Shown here: piece by piece, positions 55,949-64,000 of the stretch
How positions within the stretch are numbered: position 1 is the first letter of the stretch
Layout of the letters: the number at the start of each line of letters is the position of its first letter
Assembly (NCBI RefSeq): GCF_000372725.1
Contig: NW_005201338.1
Coordinates: 42,041 to 106,040, forward strand
Source: Emiliania huxleyi CCMP1516
Taxonomy: Eukaryota
DNA length: 64,000 nucleotides
Direction: 5' to 3'
Notes under the pieces: model-generated
What the model saw: only the letters and a program-made list of their open reading frames with translations
Database searches by the model: none
Told to the model about the DNA's origin: nothing
Translations under genes and position numbers: made by a program

Positions 55949-57844
55949 CTAGTCGTACTGCGCCGCCTTGCCCGTCCGGCCGCAGACCGGCCGGAAGCCG
56001 CCGAGTCCGGTCTCCATCAGCGTCATCGAGCCGGTCCCCACCATGAGCAGCCCGGAGCCAAACAGGATAAAGGCGAGGAAGAAGACGATGAAGGAGGGGC
56101 GGCCCGTGCGCTGCAGCAGCGAGTGCGCGCCCTTGGTGCCAACGATGGCGCCGAGGACGCCGCCGAAGAAGCCGAAGAAGGCTGCGTACTCGAGGTCGAT
56201 CATGCCTGGGCAGAGGAGGCGCTGGTTGGCTGTGGTGTCTGGTGTTTGGGAAGGCCTCGGCGGATCTCGGCGGATCTCGGCGGATCTCGGCGGATCTCGC
56301 GCCGAAGATGATGAATTGACAGACGGTGGCCGAAGACATGAAGAGCACCATCACCGTCGAGGTGGCGGAGGAGACCTGAGTGGAGGGTGGTGGTGGGTGG
56401 GGCTGGGCAACGGCGTCGGTGATTGTGTGTGTGGGGGGGTTGTAGGACCGAGGGGAGTCGAGACGAGCTTCATCTCGGCTGCGTCTCGGCTGCGTCTCGG
56501 CCGCGCCTCGGGGAGGAAGCCGAGCTCCGTGAAGATCGGCCCGAGGATCATCCCCCCGCCCACGCCGAGCATGCCGGCTGCGATGGCGCCGACGCAGACG
56601 AGGGCGGGCAGCCGCACCACCTTGTCGACGTCCCACTCGACGTCGCCCTCGACGTACGCGTAGCCCATCTGGACGCGCGAGCGGTGCGTGCGCAGCCGGC
56701 CGCGCGCAGCTACGGCGGTCAGCAGCGCGAGGATGGGCAGGTTGAGCACGACCACCGCCCAGTACCTGTGAGTCACACACAACCGACATGCGTGGGGGGG
56801 TGACCGCAGCTGCCGCGGCGAGGGTGCGCCGCTGGAGTGCCCGGCGGAGCCGCACGCGACCCCGAGCAGCGAGGGAGCGCCGTGACCGCCCTTGAGCAGG
56901 GCGAGCAGGTAGACGACTGCCCACGCGCGGAGGAGGACGAGCGCGTCGCCCCAAGGCGGGCGTGCCTCCTCCTCCACCTCCCGCTCCAGCAGCGCCGCGC
57001 GCGCCTGCGGCGGGGGAGAGGCAGCTCGGGGCTTGGGCACGGGCGGCGCTGGAGGCGCCTCGGCGGCGCCCGGCAGAGAGAGGCAGAGAGGGAGGGGGAG
57101 AGGGCCGCAGCCACTTAGCGCCAGGCAGCTTCTCGGCCAGCTCTCGGCCAGCTCTCGGCCATCTCTCGGCCAGCTCTCGGATCTCGGCCAGCTCTCGGCG
57201 ACCTCGCGCCTCCTTCGCGCCAGGCTCGTCTCCACACCCGTCGGGGCTTCCCCCGCCCCGCAGCCCCGCGCCGCCGCCCTCCTTGCCGCCGCCGCCCTCC
57301 TTGCCGCCGATGAGCGGCGTGCCCGAGTCGTCTCTCTCTGCCTGCGGCAGCGTCTCGTACATGGCTCGGCTCTCCTTGGCCCACCCCTTGCGAGCCTTGT
57401 CGAGGGTGCGCTTGCCCATCACGGCGCAGAGCAGCACCAGCAGCACCATAATGAGCCTGCGAGGCGCGCAGGGGGCGGTGGGAGCCGCTCTCCAGCCGCC
57501 CCACCAGCCGCCCCACGTGCGCAGTGCCTCCCGCCGCACCAGCAGTTGGGGCAGATCTTGTTGAGGAAGTGTCCAGGAGGTGTCTAGGAAGTGTCTCCCG
57601 CGCGCCAGTTCGGGCAGATCTTGTTGAGGAAGACCCCGACGGTGGTCCCCATCAGTGTGGCGGGCATCAGCACGACCACCACGTCGTACGCGATCCGGTG
57701 GCGGTGCGGGACGAGAGGGTGTCTGTGGGGTGAGGGTGAGGGTGGGGGTGAGGGTGAGGGTGAGGGTGAGGGTGAGAGTCACTTGAGCCAGAGGTAGGTG
57801 CCGAAGGGTGAGGGTGGGGGTGGGGGTGGGGGTGAGGGTGAGGA

Positions 57845-57888
<44 letters not shown>

Positions 57889-58570
57889 AGAGTCACTTGA
57901 GCCAGAGGTAGGTGCCGAAGGTGGAGAAGAGGGAGGCGCCGAAGACGGTGGCGAGCGCGAGCGGGATGGCCTCGTGCTCGGTGAAGTCGCCGATGAGGGT
58001 GAAGAGGGGCACGAGCACCGCGCCGCCGCCGATGCCCGCCGCGGAGGCGAAGACGGTGGCGAGGAAGACGGCGAAAGCGGTGTGGATGTCGGACGAGCTC
58101 AGCGGGAAGAGGCCGTCCTGCGCCGTCACCGGCCGCACGCGAAAGCGAGGGTAGCACTTCTTCTGGCAGTGCTTGTAGTTGCTGCACGAGGAGTCGCACT
58201 CTTCGCACGTGGTGGAGCACTCCGGGTACGTCGTGCACACCTGCCGATGAGAGCACCAGCCGCAGCCGTCGAGCTCGGTGCAGCCGCAGACCGAGGCGGC
58301 CTGCGCGCACGTGTCGACGCAGGTGCGCCGGCAGGCCGAGCGGCAGGTGTCGTGCCGCGTGGGGCACTCGCGGCACGTCGTCGTGCACCGGTCGGCGGGC
58401 GCGCACTTGCCGTTCTTCGAGCACCAGCCGCACCCGGGCGCGAGCGCCGAGCAAGAGCACAGGTCGGTCGCGGCGGCGCACACGGCCTCCGAGCTGACGT
58501 TGCGGTGCGCCACCGCCAGCGGCGAGGCGCCGCGGAGGCCGCTGCAGCCCAGCAGCAGCAGGATCGACAT
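55949..58570 (-). CDS. Sulfite exporter TauE/SafE family protein with signal peptide and Cys-rich N-terminal repeats, multi-exon
   Basis: ASAAGIGGGAVLVP, KHPLVPHRHRIAYD (after splicing), AGMLGVGGGMILGP and VSSATSTVMVLFMSS. Two CGWC repeats at the N-terminus. Confidence 0.88.
57729..57896. repeat. Intronic telomere-like (CCCTCA)n array with an embedded copy of the exon end
   Basis: (GGTGAG)n on the + strand. GAGTCACTTGAGCCAGAGGTAGGTGCCGAAGG at 57776 and 57890. Confidence 0.9.
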
Positions 58571-58785
58571 TGGCCGGAACCTGAGGCACGGCGCCTGAGA
58601 AGTTGGCGAGTTTTCTTACTTTTACCGAGTCGGACTGTACTTTTCTCCCTAGCGTTTCTTCTGTCTGTGTCGGCCACGCCTGCCGATGTTACAGCACAAG
58701 GCGGTGCTCGACATGGGCGAACAGAGGCCAGCCAGCCACGGGCACGGCGCCTGAAAACTTGCTTGGGGCTGACTCAGTTTTCTTA

Positions 58786-61700
58786 CGAGCGCAACCCCGC
58801 TGCGTCCTGGCTCGCGCACACGCGCCCACGGTGCCTAAACAGCAATGTCCCACCTCTTACTCCACCCTCTATCGGCGTCGGCGCAAACATAAAAAAGAGA
58901 GGCCGCTTGACCCCAGTTGGGCCACGGTGACAGACACACAGCCCATTCCCCTTCCCCCGCAAGACATCAAGGACGAGGACACGACACAGGACGCACGCGT
59001 CGGCGTCGGGGTTGGCAAACCTGAGAAAAGAAACTCGGAGGCCAAGGGCGGAACGCTACACATGCAATACTGCGGCGTGCGGGTGCCTTCACGACCTGCA
59101 CTCCAAAGGTTGGCAGCTGGTGAAGCAGCATCCGACAGCGACGCCGCGGAGCCGGAGAGCCCTGCACAGAAGCGGCACATCATCATCACACGCCTCGGTG
59201 GCGCGTCGGTGCGACTCGCAGCGGTCCAAAATGCAAAAAGAAGGCGGCTCAAAAAAGACGAAATAAGCTAGAAGAGCTTCCGCGGTCTGACCGCTGCCGC
59301 AACGGCCCGCTATGTGGCGAGCAATGCGACGGCGTGCACTCATTCTACTGGTCTGTGGGCATCGGTGCTCCGCCTCCCTGTCATGGCCACCGTGCCTGTC
59401 ATGGCCACCTTGCACCTTCCCCCCTGTCATGGCGACATGGCCACCTTCCCAGTGGCTGTGTGACGCAGCTCGCACAGTGACGCAGCCCAGCCTTGCAGCC
59501 CGCGGTGCAGCCTTCACAGCACACGCACTGCAAGAAGTCTGCTGTCGGCCTGCATGGCTTGCTGCTGCAGCGCATGTGGGCGAGCAGTCGGCGAGTGTCG
59601 GACGCGTTGGGTGCGCTCTCGCGCCAGATAAGCCTCTCTCAGGATCACAGACACCCCTCTCAGGATCACAGCACCGGCGGGAACGCGCCTCAGGATCAAG
59701 CACCCACGGCAGGGTCTGTGGGGATCAGCAGACCTGGAGGGAGGGGGCACGCATAGGATCAGAGCCGGTTTGAAGAGGCGCTGAGGATCATAGGTCTGAG
59801 AGGGATGCTGTCAAGATCACAGGGCTGCAAAACGGGTGGCACTCGAGATCAGAGCGCCAAAATAGGCGCGCGGGAGATCAGCGGGCCGGAAATTGGTGCA
59901 ATACACACACGAGCGCCGAAAATTGGTGCAATTTACATCAGTTACCAGCCTCCGGCGGGGCCCCCCGCTACCATCCAAACCCGAGTACAAAGCGCGCCTC
60001 GTGCGCGCCTCTCCGAGGCGCTGCGCAGATGGTCTACGAATTAGATGGTCTACGAATCCGCATAGAGGCTCAAGTGACAAGTCCACACACACACGCGGGA
60101 CACACCGCGGTGCGCGGGCGGACGGATTCGGACGGGGCGGAGCAGCGACCGCCTGGGCGGCCGCTGCTCTGTCTGCCAGAGCGCGGCGACCGCCTGGGCG
60201 GCCGCTGCTCTGTCTGCCAGAGCGCGCCGTCTGCGCAGCTCGAGAGCGCAGTCAGGTGCAGGGAAGCGTGGCGGCGCGGGGACGCGCGGCGGCGGCGGCG
60301 AGCAGGCGAGCGGCCCGCGCGCGGCGAGGCGGACAGGTGATCGGCAGGCGGGTGATGGGCCGGAGAGTGACCGCGCCCAGCGATCGGAGGCGAGCCGATC
60401 GTCGCTCGGCCGCTGCTGACCTCGAAGGCGTGCGGAGCGCGACTGTCGGTGTCGGGGGGCGGCCGTCATGTGGCGAGGAGGGGGGACGACAAGTGCGCGT
60501 CGTACGGGTCGCTCTTCATCGGCCAGTCGAGCGGACGGTAGGTCGGTCAAAGTGAGGGCCGGTGAGGCCGGCGAGATTCGTTGCGAGATACGGTTCGCGC
60601 CCAAACCAAGTTTGGACGCTCTTGGGACGCGCCGCAAAATCAACCCGTTGGAAAGGGGGCTTCTGGGGCGGCCAAATTCACACCTCGCGGGACTACTTAT
60701 GTTTTCGTAAACGTAGTCGTGCACGTGGCCCCCCGCTACGTCGCACGAGTGCAACTGGGTAGCGGGGGGCTATCATCAATCATGAAACCGTCGCGCGCCC
60801 ATCACGTGCGCTGGACCGGTCGCTCATGCGCGTCCTGTCGCTCATGCGCTTGTCGCTGGGAGGTGGCGCCGGGCTGGCCATCGGCGCCGCTCGCGCGCTC
60901 GGCGCCGCCGAGGATGGCAGTCGTGACGGCGGCCGCAGCATTCGGCGTAGACCGCGCGCGCAGCGCGCTCCGTGTTTGCCTTGAGGAGCGCAGCGACGAG
61001 TCCGTAAGGAGCGGCCCCAGCTTGCGGAGCGGCGCCGCCGCGCGCCGTATCGAGAGACTCTGTCGGGGCAGGTTAAAATAGCGCCACAGGCTCAGGTTTG
61101 CCAACCCCGACTTCTTGCAGTGCCATGTGCTGTGAAGGCTGCACCGCGGGCTGCAAGGCTGGGCTGCGTCGCTGTGCGAGCTGCGTCACACAGCCACTGG
61201 GAAGGTGGCCATGACAGGGGGGAAGGTGCAAGGTGGCCATGACAGGCACGGTGGCCATGACAGGGAGGCGGAGCACCGATGCCCACAGACCAGTAGAATG
61301 AGTGCACGCCGTCGCATTGCTCGCCACATAGCGGGCCGTTGCGGTCAGACCGCGGAAGCTCTTCTAGCTTATTTCGTCTTTTTTGAGCCGCCTTCTTTTT
61401 TTTCATGCATTTTGGACCGCTGCGAGTCGCACCGACGCGCCACCGAGGCGTGTGATGATGATGTGCCGCTTCTGTGCAGGGCTCTCCGGCTCCGCGGCGT
61501 CGCTGTCGGATGCTGCGTCACCAGCTGCCAACCTTTGGAGTGCAGGTCGTGAAGGCACCCGCACGCCGCAGTATTGCATGTGTACTTCCGACGCCTTGGC
61601 CTGCGAGTTTCTTTTCTCAGGTTTGCCAACCCCGACGCCGACGCGTGCGTCCTGTGTCGTGTCCTCGTCCTTGATGTCTTGCGGGGGAAGGGGAATGGGC

Positions 61701-61843
61701 TGTGTGTCTGTCACCGTGGCCCAACTGGGGTCAAGCGGCCTCCCTTTTTTATGTTTGCGCCGACGCCGATAAGAGGTGGGACATTGCTGTTTAGGCACCG
61801 TGGGCGCGTGTGCGCGAGCCAGGACGCAGCGGGGTTGCGCTCG
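58786..61843. repeat. Long inverted repeat: ~750-bp arms (58786..59539 and 61109..61843) around a ~1.57-kb spacer
   Basis: The arms are reverse complements with small indels. The same ORF text (RPLDPSWATVTDTQ..) appears on + at ~58900 and on - at ~61730. Confidence 0.9.
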
Positions 61844-61860
61844 AAATAGGTACTGTGGTC

Positions 61861-63864
<2,004 letters not shown>

Positions 63865-64000
63865 GCCGCGCCGGCGGCCGGGGCGACCCCTCGTCTTATC
63901 CCCCTCCCCACCCCCCCGAGTGCTGGCGCTAGAGCGAGCCCGAGAGCATAGGGCAGTGCCAACGGCGCGCTGGCGGCCAGGGCAAGGTGAGATGCTGCTT

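Noticed and set aside
58880..59110. Possible degenerate BED zinc finger (RPLDPSW..YTC/YCG) in the inverted arms
   Set aside because: It needs a frameshift, lacks the His pair, and no transposase core is visible.

Overview
GC-rich eukaryotic nuclear DNA with short introns. Several introns have GC-AG borders or 10-11-bp and telomere-like intronic repeats. This style fits a haptophyte alga such as Emiliania/Gephyrocapsa huxleyi (inference). There are two 100-N gaps. Recognisable genes, in order: a Ser-Pro-rich membrane glycoprotein (partial), an MBD-like/CHZ-like chromatin protein, a ~1010-aa (RGS-LOV)x3 blue-light receptor, a BET-type protein with four bromodomains plus ET, AK6/Fap7, a 2OG-Fe-type dioxygenase, CSN5, SMG1, an RbgA/YlqF GTPase (twice, in a 3240-bp tandem duplication), DUF1990, a haemolysin-III/PAQR protein, NDUFA4/B12D, UNC-45, a 4-TM protein, TauE/SafE with a Cys-rich N-terminus, and mitochondrial ATP synthase beta. 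Mobile and repetitive DNA includes a CRE-like non-LTR retrotransposon with a short TSD-flanked second copy, a TA-flanked MITE, a short-TIR element, ~750-bp inverted arms between two divergent genes, and several dispersed intergenic repeat families. The best candidates for new biology are the triple RGS-LOV photoreceptor, introns associated with duplicated exon sequence, and the four-bromodomain BET protein. All family assignments come from motif recognition by eye; no searches were run.
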